NCBI GenBank assembly: GCA_963786935.1 | Contig: CAWBAN010000002.1 | Span: 64,001 to 128,000, forward strand | Source: an uncultured bacterium | GTDB lineage: Bacteria; Krumholzibacteriota; Krumholzibacteriia; Krumholzibacteriales; Krumholzibacteriaceae | Direction of reading: 5' to 3' | DNA: 64,000 nucleotides | Part shown: piece by piece, positions 17,141-26,460 of the stretch | Layout: the number at the start of each line of letters is the position of its first letter | How positions within the stretch are numbered: position 1 is the stretch's first letter | Made by a program: the position numbers and the translations under genes | The notes under the pieces: model-generated | Seen by the model: the letters and a program-made list of their open reading frames with translations, nothing else | What the model was told of the DNA's origin: nothing | Databases searched by the model: none

Positions 17141-17716
17141 CTACTTCACGATGGTCAGCGAGGTCTTGGCGCCGAGAAGGTCATCGAGCGTCGTGGGATA
17201 CTTCATGCGCTTGGCGATCGTCACGGCGTCGTTGAGGGCATAGCCGCGGTGCCTCACCAGATAGGCCGCCCAGAGATACGACACGCGCCCCGCGCTCAGG
17301 CAATGGATGAACGCCTTGCCCGAATGCGCCGCGAGCGTCTGCGCGAATGTATCGACAGCGTGCGGCGCGTAGCTCGTCTTCTCTCCGAGCGGGATGGACA
17401 CATACGCCATGCCGAGCTCTTTCACCAGATTCTCTTCGTTGAACGCCGTTTCGGCGAAGTCCTTGTTCTCCTTCTCGGAGCGCACGTTCACGACGAGCGT
17501 CACGCCTTCCGATTTCAGCCATCGAAGAGTCTCGAGCGTCGGCTGGCCGCCGAAGTAGAAATTCGTCGATCTGAAGAGGTCCTTTTTCCCCTCGACCTTG
17601 TAAACGCTGTCGATCGGAGCCGCGCCCAGAGAGCCGTCGGCGGCGGACGCCACGACAGGGCATAGCGCGATCGCAATGGCCACGACCACGGCACCCAAGC
17701 ATGCGGACCTGATCAT
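17141..17716 (-). CDS. Exported DUF442 / tyrosine-phosphatase-like sulfurtransferase-domain protein
   Basis: Signal peptide, 'GGQP', 'GVTLVVNVR', 'HCLSAGR'; the ORF-track N-terminal extension is repeat DNA. Confidence 0.7.
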   Translation of the reverse strand: MIRSACLGAVVVAIAIALCPVVASAADGSLGAAPIDSVYKVEGKKDLFRSTNFYFGGQPTLETLRWLKSEGVTLVVNVRSEKENKDFAETAFNEENLVKELGMAYVSIPLGEKTSYAPHAVDTFAQTLAAHSGKAFIHCLSAGRVSYLWAAYLVRHRGYALNDAVTIAKRMKYPTTLDDLLGAKTSLTIVK

Positions 17717-17779
17717 GCTGCACCTCTTTTGTTTGAAACCGTGAGCGCCATTATACCATGACGAACGAGTGGCGGGGAT

Positions 17780-17950
17780 GGCGCCGAACATTCCCGCGAA
17801 CGAGCCCATTGGAGCTCCGCGACTGTGTCTGGCGCCGGGCATTCCCGCGACGAACCCATTGGAGCTCCGCGACTGTGTCTGGCGCGGACATTCCCGCGAC
17901 GAACCCATTGGAGGCTCTGCGACTGGGTTCGGAGCGGGAATGTTCGCGCC
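17780..17950. repeat. Palindromic intergenic element, copy 1: two ~50-bp tandem left-arm units followed by the full hairpin unit
   Basis: Units start at 17780, 17831 and 17881 (GGCGCCGGACATTCCCGCGACGAACCCATTGGAG...); the last unit closes with GCGGGAATGTTCGCGCC. Confidence 0.85.
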
Positions 17951-17978
17951 CACAGAACCCGCGCGCCGGGCATGATAA

Positions 17979-18066
17979 AGGCCGGGTGCCCAGGGTACCT
18001 CCAACACCGGTAAGGTCAACATACCCCCACGAAGGTCGACCTTAATCGGAGGTGGTCACCCGGCCT
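17979..18066 (-). ncRNA. Candidate structured RNA (long interrupted hairpin), family unknown
   Basis: Three nested helices AGGCCGGGTG/CACCCGGCCT, ACCTCCGAT/GTTGGAGGT and TAAGGTCGAC/GTTGACCTTA; mismatches resolve as G-U only on the minus strand. Confidence 0.4.
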
Positions 18067-18123
18067 AAATACAGGGGCTGGGTGGGGGTCTGCGGAACCA
18101 TTTATCAATGGAACACCAAAGTC

Positions 18124-19809
18124 CTACTTTAGTGTCCCTCCGAAAGCTCCTTCGATCTCGAATCGCGGCTCGATATCGATCGGGACCCCCTTCAGGCCGT
18201 CGAGCTGCGCCTGAATCTCGGGATCCATCACGGCGTACTTGTCCATGAAGGCCTTCGCCCCGGCGTAATCGCCGCGCGCCTCGAGCGTGAGAATCTCGCT
18301 CGAGCACGACTTGACCGCGTCTTGTACCTTGGTGAAATCGACCGACCAGAGCCCGCTGGCCGGATCCCTGTAGTATGCGCCGCGTTCCTTCAAGTAATTG
18401 AAGATCGCCATGACGGCCTTTCCGTGAGCTTCACCGATGCCGAATCTCACAGACCTGAAGAAGCCGGCGAGATAGGTCACCGCCGTTTCCTTCGCGAGCG
18501 CTTCAGGGAAATACCCTTCCTTTACAAGATAATAGAAATTGTACTCGCCGACAATATCGGCTTTTGCCTCTTCCATCCCCGAGTAGGTCTCCCGGAGCGC
18601 CTTGTTGACCGTGGTCGTCGTGCCGTCGGGGAGCTTGATCGTGCCGGGTCCGAGGCCGTGGGAGATCTCGTGGAGCAGGATCTCGTTGAAATAGGTATCG
18701 AAGGTGATGTAGTCGAGCAGCTCGGTGGCGATCGTCTGCCTCGCGATCGGCACGAGGATCTTTTCGAACTTGGCCTGGCAGATATTGCGCAGCATCACCT
18801 TTTTCGAGCCCTTCGCCTCGCGGACGCGCTCGTCGTTCGGGAGGTTGAAGGCGATCGTCTGCACGCCGGCCTTCGTGTCGCCGGCGGAGAATATCTCGTC
18901 CCCGACGGAGAGCGGGGATTCCATCCCGCGGGTCGTGTTCTTGTACTGCTCGGGAATCGGGAGGTTCGCCTCCATCTTGGCGCCGTACGCCATGAGGCCG
19001 TCGAGGTTCTTCGTCGCCTCGGGGTCGCGCACGCAGAGGAAGGCCTCGAAGGCGGCCTTGTAATTGAAGAGGTTGTCCTCGTAGACCTCGTAGGGGCCGA
19101 TCGTGATGTCGATGACGTTGTCCTTCACGTCCATCCACGCCATGTCGCTCTCGAAGTAGTCATCCGAGAGGAAGGCCTTGGCGCGGAGCCGGAGGAAGTT
19201 CGCCAGCGACTCGTTGTCGATAAGGGCGGCCGCCTCGTCGAGCAGGCGCGCGGCCTCGGTGAGGAGCTCCGCGTATTCCTTCGAATAGGGAACGGCCTCG
19301 AGCCCCTTGTCCTTCGTCCGCTTGATGACGGTGAAGGTGCCCTCGAAGGCGGCCTTGTCGGCCGGGTGGTTCGTGACCCAGTTCTCGAACTCTTCCTTCG
19401 TCATGTCTTCGGGATAGAAATTCGCGCCTTCGGGCTTGGCGTCCTTCACGAGGACGGGGGCGTTGTCGTCGAGGCGGTCCCACGGCCCGAAGTTGCGCCA
19501 GAAGAAGCGCGAGAGCTCGGGATTGCCGCGGCGGCCGAGCTCGTCGCGGAGCTCGACGTTCCGCGCCCACACCTGCCGGACGAAGAGCTCGTCCATGATC
19601 TTCGAGGCCTGATAGAGCTTCTCGAGAGCGGCTTTGTTCTGCTCCCCGATGACGTCCCACGGCACCTTGATGTCGTACGTCGCGTACACCTCGAGCCGTT
19701 TCCCCGCGTCCGCCGCTGGCTCGATCATGATCTTCTCCTTTTTCGCGCAGCTCCCGAGCGCCGCAAAGGCGAGGAGCGCCAAGCCGATGACCGTCAGCCT
19801 TCTCGTCAT
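18124..19809 (-). CDS. Dipeptidyl-peptidase III (M49)-like zinc peptidase lipoprotein
   Basis: Lipobox LGSC, 'GPYEVYED', 'AFNLPNDE', HEISH, EEAKAD. Confidence 0.85.
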   Translation of the reverse strand: MTRRLTVIGLALLAFAALGSCAKKEKIMIEPAADAGKRLEVYATYDIKVPWDVIGEQNKAALEKLYQASKIMDELFVRQVWARNVELRDELGRRGNPELSRFFWRNFGPWDRLDDNAPVLVKDAKPEGANFYPEDMTKEEFENWVTNHPADKAAFEGTFTVIKRTKDKGLEAVPYSKEYAELLTEAARLLDEAAALIDNESLANFLRLRAKAFLSDDYFESDMAWMDVKDNVIDITIGPYEVYEDNLFNYKAAFEAFLCVRDPEATKNLDGLMAYGAKMEANLPIPEQYKNTTRGMESPLSVGDEIFSAGDTKAGVQTIAFNLPNDERVREAKGSKKVMLRNICQAKFEKILVPIARQTIATELLDYITFDTYFNEILLHEISHGLGPGTIKLPDGTTTTVNKALRETYSGMEEAKADIVGEYNFYYLVKEGYFPEALAKETAVTYLAGFFRSVRFGIGEAHGKAVMAIFNYLKERGAYYRDPASGLWSVDFTKVQDAVKSCSSEILTLEARGDYAGAKAFMDKYAVMDPEIQAQLDGLKGVPIDIEPRFEIEGAFGGTLK

Positions 19810-20085
19810 AACGACGATCCTCCTTTCGAGCTCCCTATCAGCCGGACTGTCCAGCGGCTGAGGATACGCCTGATTCGCCGCGCGCGCAACCCGTTTCGAG
19901 CCGCGGCGCGCCAGCCGGGCGGCCGTGCCCCGCCGCCGGGCTCGCGCGGCGCGCCCGCCCTTTTGGGCCTTGACGGGGCCGGGGGCGGGTGCTAGCGTCA
20001 TCCCTTACGAGCGGCGCGCCCGCGTTTTCCCCGTCGGGAGGGCGCGCCGAAAGGGTTTTCAGGACATGGAAGAGGGGGATGACCG

Positions 20086-21327
20086 ATGGATGCGAAGGTG
20101 CTCAAGAAGGCATACGCCAAAATCGACGGCTACCGCGACGAGATGATCGACCTCCAGACGAAGCTCACCGCCATCCCGGCGCTCGCGCCGGTGAACGCGG
20201 GCGAGGGAGAGGCCAAGAAGGCCGAGTTCTTCAAGGGATGGCTCGAGAATTCCAAGATATTCGACAAGATCGACCAGTACGATTCGCCCGACCCGGAAGT
20301 TCCCACGGGCAAGCGGCCGAACCTCGTCGCCCTCATGAAGGGGAAGTCGTCGGCCCGCCGCGTGTGGGTCATGGGGCATCTCGACATCGTCCCGCCCGGC
20401 GACCTCAACAAGTGGACGAGCGATCCCTATAAGGTGAAGGTCGAAGGGGGCAAGATCTTCGGCCGCGGCGTCGAGGACAACCAGCACGGGATCGTCACGC
20501 CGCTCTTCGCGGCGAAGGCGCTCCGCGAGCTCGGCGAGACGCCGCCCTACGACATCGGCCTCATCCTCGTCGCCGACGAGGAGACGGGGAGCAAGCACGG
20601 CATCCAGTTCCTCCTCGAGAAGCACGGGAACCTCTTCCAGAAGAGCGACTTCATCGTGGTCCCGGACGCCGGCGCCCCGGACGGCACGATGATCGAGGTC
20701 GCCGAGAAGTCGATCTTCTGGCTCAAGATCGAGACGAAGGGCAAACAGTGCCACGCCTCGACCCCGAAGGAGGGCATCAACGCCCACCGCGCCGCCGCGC
20801 ACCTCATCACCAAGATCGACAAGCTCTACAAGCTCTTCCCGCAGAAGAACAAGGTGTTCGATCCCCCGATCAGCACCTTCGAGCCCACGAAGAAAGAGGC
20901 GAACGTCCCCAACATCAACACGATCCCCGGGGACGACGTCATCTACATCGACATGCGCGTGCTCCCCGAGATCAAACTCGAAAAGGTCTACGACGCGATC
21001 AAGGGAATGATCAAAGAGGTCGAGGAGAAGTTCGGCGTGAAGATCTCGACCAGCGCGGCGCAGCGCGAGGACGCGGCCCCGGCCACCCCGGCCGACGCGC
21101 CGGTCGTCATCGCCCTCTCGGCCGCGATCAAGGCCGTCTACAAGGTGAAGGCCAAGCCGAAGGGCATCGGCGGCGGGACGGTGGCGGCGTTCTTCAGGCG
21201 CCACGGCTTCGGCGCCGTCGTCTGGTCCAAGATCGACGAGGTAGCGCATCAGCCGAACGAGTACACGATCGTCGACAACATGGTGGGAGACGCGAAGGTG
21301 TTTGCGCACCTGTTCATGCAGGAGTAG
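20086..21327 (+). CDS. M20 family metallohydrolase (ArgE/DapE-like)
   Basis: GHLDIVPPG, GRGVEDN, DEETGS, HAS, AHQPNEY. Confidence 0.9.
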   Translation: MDAKVLKKAYAKIDGYRDEMIDLQTKLTAIPALAPVNAGEGEAKKAEFFKGWLENSKIFDKIDQYDSPDPEVPTGKRPNLVALMKGKSSARRVWVMGHLDIVPPGDLNKWTSDPYKVKVEGGKIFGRGVEDNQHGIVTPLFAAKALRELGETPPYDIGLILVADEETGSKHGIQFLLEKHGNLFQKSDFIVVPDAGAPDGTMIEVAEKSIFWLKIETKGKQCHASTPKEGINAHRAAAHLITKIDKLYKLFPQKNKVFDPPISTFEPTKKEANVPNINTIPGDDVIYIDMRVLPEIKLEKVYDAIKGMIKEVEEKFGVKISTSAAQREDAAPATPADAPVVIALSAAIKAVYKVKAKPKGIGGGTVAAFFRRHGFGAVVWSKIDEVAHQPNEYTIVDNMVGDAKVFAHLFMQE

Positions 21328-21365
21328 CGGCGCCCACCGCCGCAGTCCGTGAGAGACCCCACGAG

Positions 21366-21396
21366 AAAGAGGGCTCCGCAATCGGAGCCCTCTTTT
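21366..21396. terminator. Bidirectional intrinsic terminator between convergent genes
   Basis: AAAGAGGGCTCCG-CAAT-CGGAGCCCTCTTTT. Confidence 0.8.
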
Positions 21397-21445
21397 ATTG
21401 GCCGGCGGCGGGAGCGAAGTGCTGGGCGCCCGCAATCGCGCGCTG

Positions 21446-22543
21446 TCAGAATCTGTAGCCGAAGGATACGCCGTACTTGTACTCGTCCAAGCGCCCCTCC
21501 CGCGCCAAACAGCTATAACCTACTCGTCCCCTGAATCTGCCTGTCGCCAATCCGATTCCCACGCCGGTGGAAAGATCGCCTTCTATCGGCTCGGCGACGG
21601 ACCCGATTCGCAGGAACAGTGTCTCGAGAAAGGCGCCTTCCGCGCCCAATCCTCGCATATCCCAGTCCCCTTCCGGCTCGGAATAGAAGGGCTCTTCATC
21701 ATAATCCTCTCTTCCGTCCCAGTTCACGGCCAGAACGAACAGCGGCACCTCGGTTCCCAGGAACTTCTTGCGGGGCCCCTCGAACCGCATTCCCAGCCCC
21801 AACCGATAATTCCTCGGCAGGGAGAGGTCGCCTTGCCAACCATCCCAGAGAACGATGTCGCCGCCCATATTCAGGACGCTGAATCCGATGCTCGGGGAGA
21901 GCCGCAGCCCGACCCCCTTCAAGAAATCAGCCGAGAGAAGAAAGCCCAGGTCATAGGCGATGCCGTTTCCCGTGGCGGGCGGAGCCCCATAGGGATAACT
22001 TTGCTCCGCCTTGAACCACAGGGGTTTTAGGGCAATGCCGATCCCCAGATGCAGCATGTCGCGATAGACGGCTTCGCCCCCCAGAGTCAGGGCCAACAGT
22101 TTCTCGTCCAACAGGTAGTCACATACGATCATAATATTGCGATCGCGCCAGGTGCTGTGGGCGACATAGCTGAATGCGGCGCCCGCGCCCAGATGCAGAT
22201 CGATCGATGGCGTCGCCGCGAAGGAGAATCCCGCGCCAGCCGCCGCGTGCCAGACGTAAGCGTCGTCATCCTCGCTCCGAGACAAGGGCGCATACGCACC
22301 AGCGAAGAACGTCTCGCCCGAGGGCGAAATCACAGCCGGATTGTAGAAGGCGTTCAGGGGATCGGCGGCGTCGGCGGCGCCTGTGTTGCCCATACCATAT
22401 GCCCTGATCGCGGGGCTCAGAACAAAGGCGATTAGCCCGCTGTTGCATTGGGACTTCGCCGGACTCGACACGAGAGCCGTCGCGAGAACGAGCGCCGCGC
22501 CCATCGCGAAATGGAGCGCCGAACTCCCTACTAATCCGCGCAT
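21446..22543 (-). CDS. PorV/PorQ-like outer-membrane beta-barrel protein (paralog 2)
   Basis: 'SPAIRAYGMG', 'AFYNPA', 'LP..YRLG', 'LFLRIG', C-terminal YRF. Confidence 0.7.
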   Translation of the reverse strand: MRGLVGSSALHFAMGAALVLATALVSSPAKSQCNSGLIAFVLSPAIRAYGMGNTGAADAADPLNAFYNPAVISPSGETFFAGAYAPLSRSEDDDAYVWHAAAGAGFSFAATPSIDLHLGAGAAFSYVAHSTWRDRNIMIVCDYLLDEKLLALTLGGEAVYRDMLHLGIGIALKPLWFKAEQSYPYGAPPATGNGIAYDLGFLLSADFLKGVGLRLSPSIGFSVLNMGGDIVLWDGWQGDLSLPRNYRLGLGMRFEGPRKKFLGTEVPLFVLAVNWDGREDYDEEPFYSEPEGDWDMRGLGAEGAFLETLFLRIGSVAEPIEGDLSTGVGIGLATGRFRGRVGYSCLAREGRLDEYKYGVSFGYRF

Positions 22544-22552
22544 GGCGCCTCC

Positions 22553-23647
22553 TTAGAAATTGACGCCGCAGGTGATCCCGAATTTATGCACGTGGTCGAG
22601 ATCCTTTGCCTGCGGCACATTCGCATAATCTATGCGCGCCCGGAACGTATTCGTGGTCACTCCAAGCCCGACGCCGAACGTGACGTCTTCGATGTTCGCC
22701 TCGGGATTGCCGATGTATCCCACTCGAAGGAACAGCGCCTGAAGAAGAGCGGCTTCCGCCCCTGCTCCCCAGAGGCTCCAGTTCTCGAACTTGTAATATT
22801 CGCTCCAATCACAATTCACGGCGGCCGTGTAGAGTGGCGCCTGCATCCAGTGGAACCTCGCGGGGCGACCCTCGAGGCGCAATCCCAGCCCCAACCGGAG
22901 GTTTGCGGGCAACAACTGGCGGTAATCCGCGTTCCAAACCTCGAGGTCGCTTCCCAGATTCAGGGCGCTGAATCCGACGCTCGGGGAGAGCCGCAGATCG
23001 GGCCGGCTCAGGAGATCTCCCGAGATGAGCAGCCCGAGGTCGAAGGCGATCCCGTCTCCTTTGGGAGTGGGATTCATCTCGGGCACTCCTTCGCACCGCT
23101 CCGGCCGGATCCACACCGGTTTCAGGGCAACGCCCATCCCCACATGGAGCTTGTGTTCGAGAACCAGCTCTCCGCCCATCGTGATGGTGCCTGCGGTCTC
23201 TGAGCCGAGACAAAACTCAATCATTTCAGTATTATTGCCAGCGGCTGGTTCCAACTCACCATAATCCAGGCGGGCGACTCCGACGCTCCCCCCCAGATGC
23301 AGCTCGCTGGAATTTCCGACGGGGAGGGAAAATCCCCCGCCCGCCACGGCATGCAGAATGTAGGCCCCGGATACCAGATCGGGAAACACCCTTCCATACG
23401 AGCTCGATAGGAAAACGTCGCCCGCCGAAGGTACTACCGCGGGATTGTAGAATGCGTTCAGGGGATCGGCGGCGTCGGCGACGCCGACGTTTCCCATGCC
23501 ATAGGAACGAATCGCGGGGCTGAGCTCGAAGATCCAGGATCGCCCGAAGGACTGTGACAGCGCCGGACTCGCCACGAGAGCCGTCGCGAGGCAGAGCGCC
23601 GCGCTCATCGCGAAATTGAGTCCCACGCTCGCCATTACTCCGCGCAT
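22553..23647 (-). CDS. PorV/PorQ-like outer-membrane beta-barrel protein (paralog 1)
   Basis: ATG 23647 with GGAGG; 'SPAIRSYGMG', 'AFYNPA', 'LFLRVGY', 'TFGVGL', 'IDYA', C-terminal F. Confidence 0.75.
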   Translation of the reverse strand: MRGVMASVGLNFAMSAALCLATALVASPALSQSFGRSWIFELSPAIRSYGMGNVGVADAADPLNAFYNPAVVPSAGDVFLSSSYGRVFPDLVSGAYILHAVAGGGFSLPVGNSSELHLGGSVGVARLDYGELEPAAGNNTEMIEFCLGSETAGTITMGGELVLEHKLHVGMGVALKPVWIRPERCEGVPEMNPTPKGDGIAFDLGLLISGDLLSRPDLRLSPSVGFSALNLGSDLEVWNADYRQLLPANLRLGLGLRLEGRPARFHWMQAPLYTAAVNCDWSEYYKFENWSLWGAGAEAALLQALFLRVGYIGNPEANIEDVTFGVGLGVTTNTFRARIDYANVPQAKDLDHVHKFGITCGVNF

Positions 23648-23770
23648 CGCGTGACCTCCCGGGGCCCGGGACGGGCAGAAAAAAGAGCCCGCCCGATGAA
23701 CGTTGCTATTCACACAGGGGGCTTCCGCATGGTAATATAACACGAAAGCGGTTCGTTTTGGAGGGGAAGT

Positions 23771-25075
23771 TTGTCTTCGGTATTGAAAAACATATTGATC
23801 CTGGCCGTTTTGCTGGGACTCGCCGTTCTCTATTTCCAGATCGCCTTGGACAACGGCTTCTGGCACAGCGACGACTTCAACTACCTCGCCCATAACCTGC
23901 ATATGACGGAGGGCAAGACCGCGCTCTTCGACAGCGAGCGACCGTACAAGTTCCAGCCGCTCGTCTACGGGATGTCGTACATTCTCTTCGATCGCTTCGG
24001 CTTCGAGCCGCGGGGCTATTTCCTATTCAACATTCTCCTGCACGGGCTGAACGCCTTTCTCGTGTACTCTCTCGTGCAGACGCTGCTGCGCGACCGGAGC
24101 GTTTCGGTGATCTCGGGGCTCCTCTTCGTCCTCACCGTAGGGAACTTCGGAAAATCGGTCATGATCATGTCGGGGATGGAGGACCTCCTCATCACGACGC
24201 TCACGCTCCTCACGATGCTGTTCTATTTCCGGAACGAGCTCTACGCCGGGGGCAGGATTTTGTCGCCATGGTACCTGCTCGCCTTCGTCTTCTTCGTCGG
24301 CTCGATGTTCACGAGGAGCACGAGCCTCTCGATCCTCGGCGCCTTTCTCGCGTTCAACTACTTCTTCAGGAGGGAAACCCAGCGCCGCGTGATCAGCCCG
24401 GCGTTTCTGGTCCTCCTCGCGATCGCCGCGGCGGCGCTCATATTGAAAACTCAGCTCTTCCACTACACGCCGAGCTTCTATTCGGAGCAGCCGGGAACGG
24501 TGAAGTATTTCATCTACGCCGCGAAGAATATCATCAGCTATCTCGTGCGCATGATCTTCCCGATCCACACGTCGCACCTCGTCGCCGAGGCGGGCCTGCT
24601 GGTGCGGCTCGTGTACGATTTCGCCACGGAGATCCGGATTGTCATCGCCCTCTTCGTGCTGTCGTATTCGTTCTTCGGATTCATCTTCGGCAACCACACG
24701 ATCCGCTTCTTCATCGCATGGACCTACATCATGCTGCTCCCGTTCGCCTTCTTCCAGTTCCCCGCCGACTGGCTCAACATCCGGCACCTCTACCTCGTGT
24801 CGATCGGATTCGTCCTCGTCCTCTCGGCGGGGGGAGTCTATTGCTCGCGGCTCATCGCGCACGCGGGGTGGCGGCGGCTCGTTCCCTTCGTGGTCCCGCT
24901 CTTCTTCGTGATCGTCGCGCGGTTCATCGCCGTGCAGCTCGACGAGAATTACGAGAGCAAGGCGACGGACCCCGCGCTCGCGTCGCAGCGGGAATCCATC
25001 GTACAGCGGTATCCGTGGGTGACGATCGTGGGGGACAAGCTGGTCTTCAAGCGGGACCTGCCGACGAGCCCGTGA
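23771..25075 (+). CDS. Polytopic membrane protein, GT-C / PMT-like glycosyltransferase
   Basis: 'FWHSDDF' after TM1, 'FQPL', 'NILLHGLNAFLV', 'RHLYL'; TTG start. Confidence 0.65.
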   Translation: MSSVLKNILILAVLLGLAVLYFQIALDNGFWHSDDFNYLAHNLHMTEGKTALFDSERPYKFQPLVYGMSYILFDRFGFEPRGYFLFNILLHGLNAFLVYSLVQTLLRDRSVSVISGLLFVLTVGNFGKSVMIMSGMEDLLITTLTLLTMLFYFRNELYAGGRILSPWYLLAFVFFVGSMFTRSTSLSILGAFLAFNYFFRRETQRRVISPAFLVLLAIAAAALILKTQLFHYTPSFYSEQPGTVKYFIYAAKNIISYLVRMIFPIHTSHLVAEAGLLVRLVYDFATEIRIVIALFVLSYSFFGFIFGNHTIRFFIAWTYIMLLPFAFFQFPADWLNIRHLYLVSIGFVLVLSAGGVYCSRLIAHAGWRRLVPFVVPLFFVIVARFIAVQLDENYESKATDPALASQRESIVQRYPWVTIVGDKLVFKRDLPTSP

Positions 25076-25128
25076 CGCGCCGCGGCGCCCGCGGCGCAGC
25101 GTCGAGCCCGCGGCGTCGGTCGGGCTCC

Positions 25129-26460
25129 TCAGGGCTTGAGGCGCAGGCGGAGCGAGCGGTCCTTCTCGAGTATCCCGATCTCGCGCTTCCCGGCCCGAAT
25201 CCCGAACACCATGCGTTTTCCCGAGAGCTTCCGCGAGAGGACCTTCGCGGTGCGCTCGATGAGCGCGATGGCGCGGCCGTCCTCGGCCGAAACGCGCACC
25301 TCCGCCTCGAAGAGATCCCTGCCGAGACGGGACTCGATCGCCGCGAGAATCGCCTCCGTCCCCTCGCCGGTCGCGGCGCTCGCGAGGATCGCGCCGGGGT
25401 GTTTCACGAGGAGGGCGTTCCGGCGCCCGGGATCCTCGACGAGATCGATCTTGTTGAGAACGAGCACGGTCGGCACGGGGGCGGAGTCGCTTTCGCCGTT
25501 TTCGTTCGCAGCCTTGTTTCGCGACAGCACCTCGCCGAGCACCGAGTTCACGACGGCGATGTGCTCCTCGCAGCGCTCGATCGAGGCGTCGGCGACGTGG
25601 AGCAGCAGATCCGCTTCCCGCACGTCGTAGAGCGTCAGCTTGAAGCTCTCGACGAGGTGATGCGGGAGCTTGCGGATGAATCCGATCGTGTCGGTGAGGA
25701 GGAACGGCTCCCCGTTCGGGGCCGCGACGCGCCTCGTCGTCGAGTCGAGCGTGGAGAAGAGGCGGTCGCTCTCGAGGACGCCGCTCCCGGCGAGCCGGTT
25801 GAGGAGCGTGGACTTGCCGGCGTTCGTGTAGCCGACGATCGTGACGGTGAAGATCCCCTCGCGGCGCTTGCGGCGCTCCTCGGCGCCGCGGTGGATCCGA
25901 TCGAGCTCGCGCTGGAGGCTCGCCATCCGGTCGCGCGCCCGGCGGCGGTCGACCTCGATCTGCGTCTCGCCCGGACCCCTCGTCCCGATGCCGCCGGCCT
26001 GCCTCCCGAGGTGCTCCCAGAGACGGCGCAGGCGCGGAAGCGCGTAGTTCAGCTGGGCGATCTCCACCTGAATGCGGGCCTGCTTCGTGCGGGCGCGCCG
26101 CGCGAAGATGTCGAGGATGAGCTCGGTGCGGTCGATGACGTTGACGTCGAGGATCTTCTCGATATTGCGCGCCTGCGCCGGGGTGAGGTCCTCGTCGAAG
26201 ATGACGAGATTGGCGCGGCGGTCGTGTATCTCCCGGGCGAGATCGTCGATCTTGCCCTTGCCGACGAAGGTCGCCCCGTCGACGCGGGTGCGGGATTGGA
26301 GCATGTTCCCGACGACGTCGGCGCCGGCGCTCCGGGCGAGGAGCTCGAGCTCGCGCAGGTTCTCGAGCTCGTCGGTGCGCCGGGTGCGGGGGAGCGTGAT
26401 GCCGACGAGATACGCTTTCTCGCGGGGGGCTGTGGACGGCGTGACCCGGTTTGGCCGCAT
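25129..26460 (-). CDS. hflX: Ribosome-splitting GTPase HflX
   Basis: DRTELILDIF, RGPGET, GYTNAGKST, DTIGF, NKID. Confidence 0.95.
   Translation of the reverse strand: MRPNRVTPSTAPREKAYLVGITLPRTRRTDELENLRELELLARSAGADVVGNMLQSRTRVDGATFVGKGKIDDLAREIHDRRANLVIFDEDLTPAQARNIEKILDVNVIDRTELILDIFARRARTKQARIQVEIAQLNYALPRLRRLWEHLGRQAGGIGTRGPGETQIEVDRRRARDRMASLQRELDRIHRGAEERRKRREGIFTVTIVGYTNAGKSTLLNRLAGSGVLESDRLFSTLDSTTRRVAAPNGEPFLLTDTIGFIRKLPHHLVESFKLTLYDVREADLLLHVADASIERCEEHIAVVNSVLGEVLSRNKAANENGESDSAPVPTVLVLNKIDLVEDPGRRNALLVKHPGAILASAATGEGTEAILAAIESRLGRDLFEAEVRVSAEDGRAIALIERTAKVLSRKLSGKRMVFGIRAGKREIGILEKDRSLRLRLKP

Noticed and set aside
17780..17950. Possible CRISPR array
   Set aside because: The sequences between the repeated cores are identical rather than unique spacers, there are only three units, no cas genes are present, and the unit is the arm of a palindromic element.
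17717..18045. Several short ORFs and the long N-terminal extension of ORF 17141..18022
   Set aside because: They are translations of the repeat and hairpin DNA; the same peptides recur at 31300-31482.
17979..18066. SRP RNA, 6S RNA, tRNA-Sec or a known riboswitch
   Set aside because: No SRP domain IV motif, no cloverleaf, too short for 6S, and no riboswitch consensus recognised; kept only as an unknown candidate.
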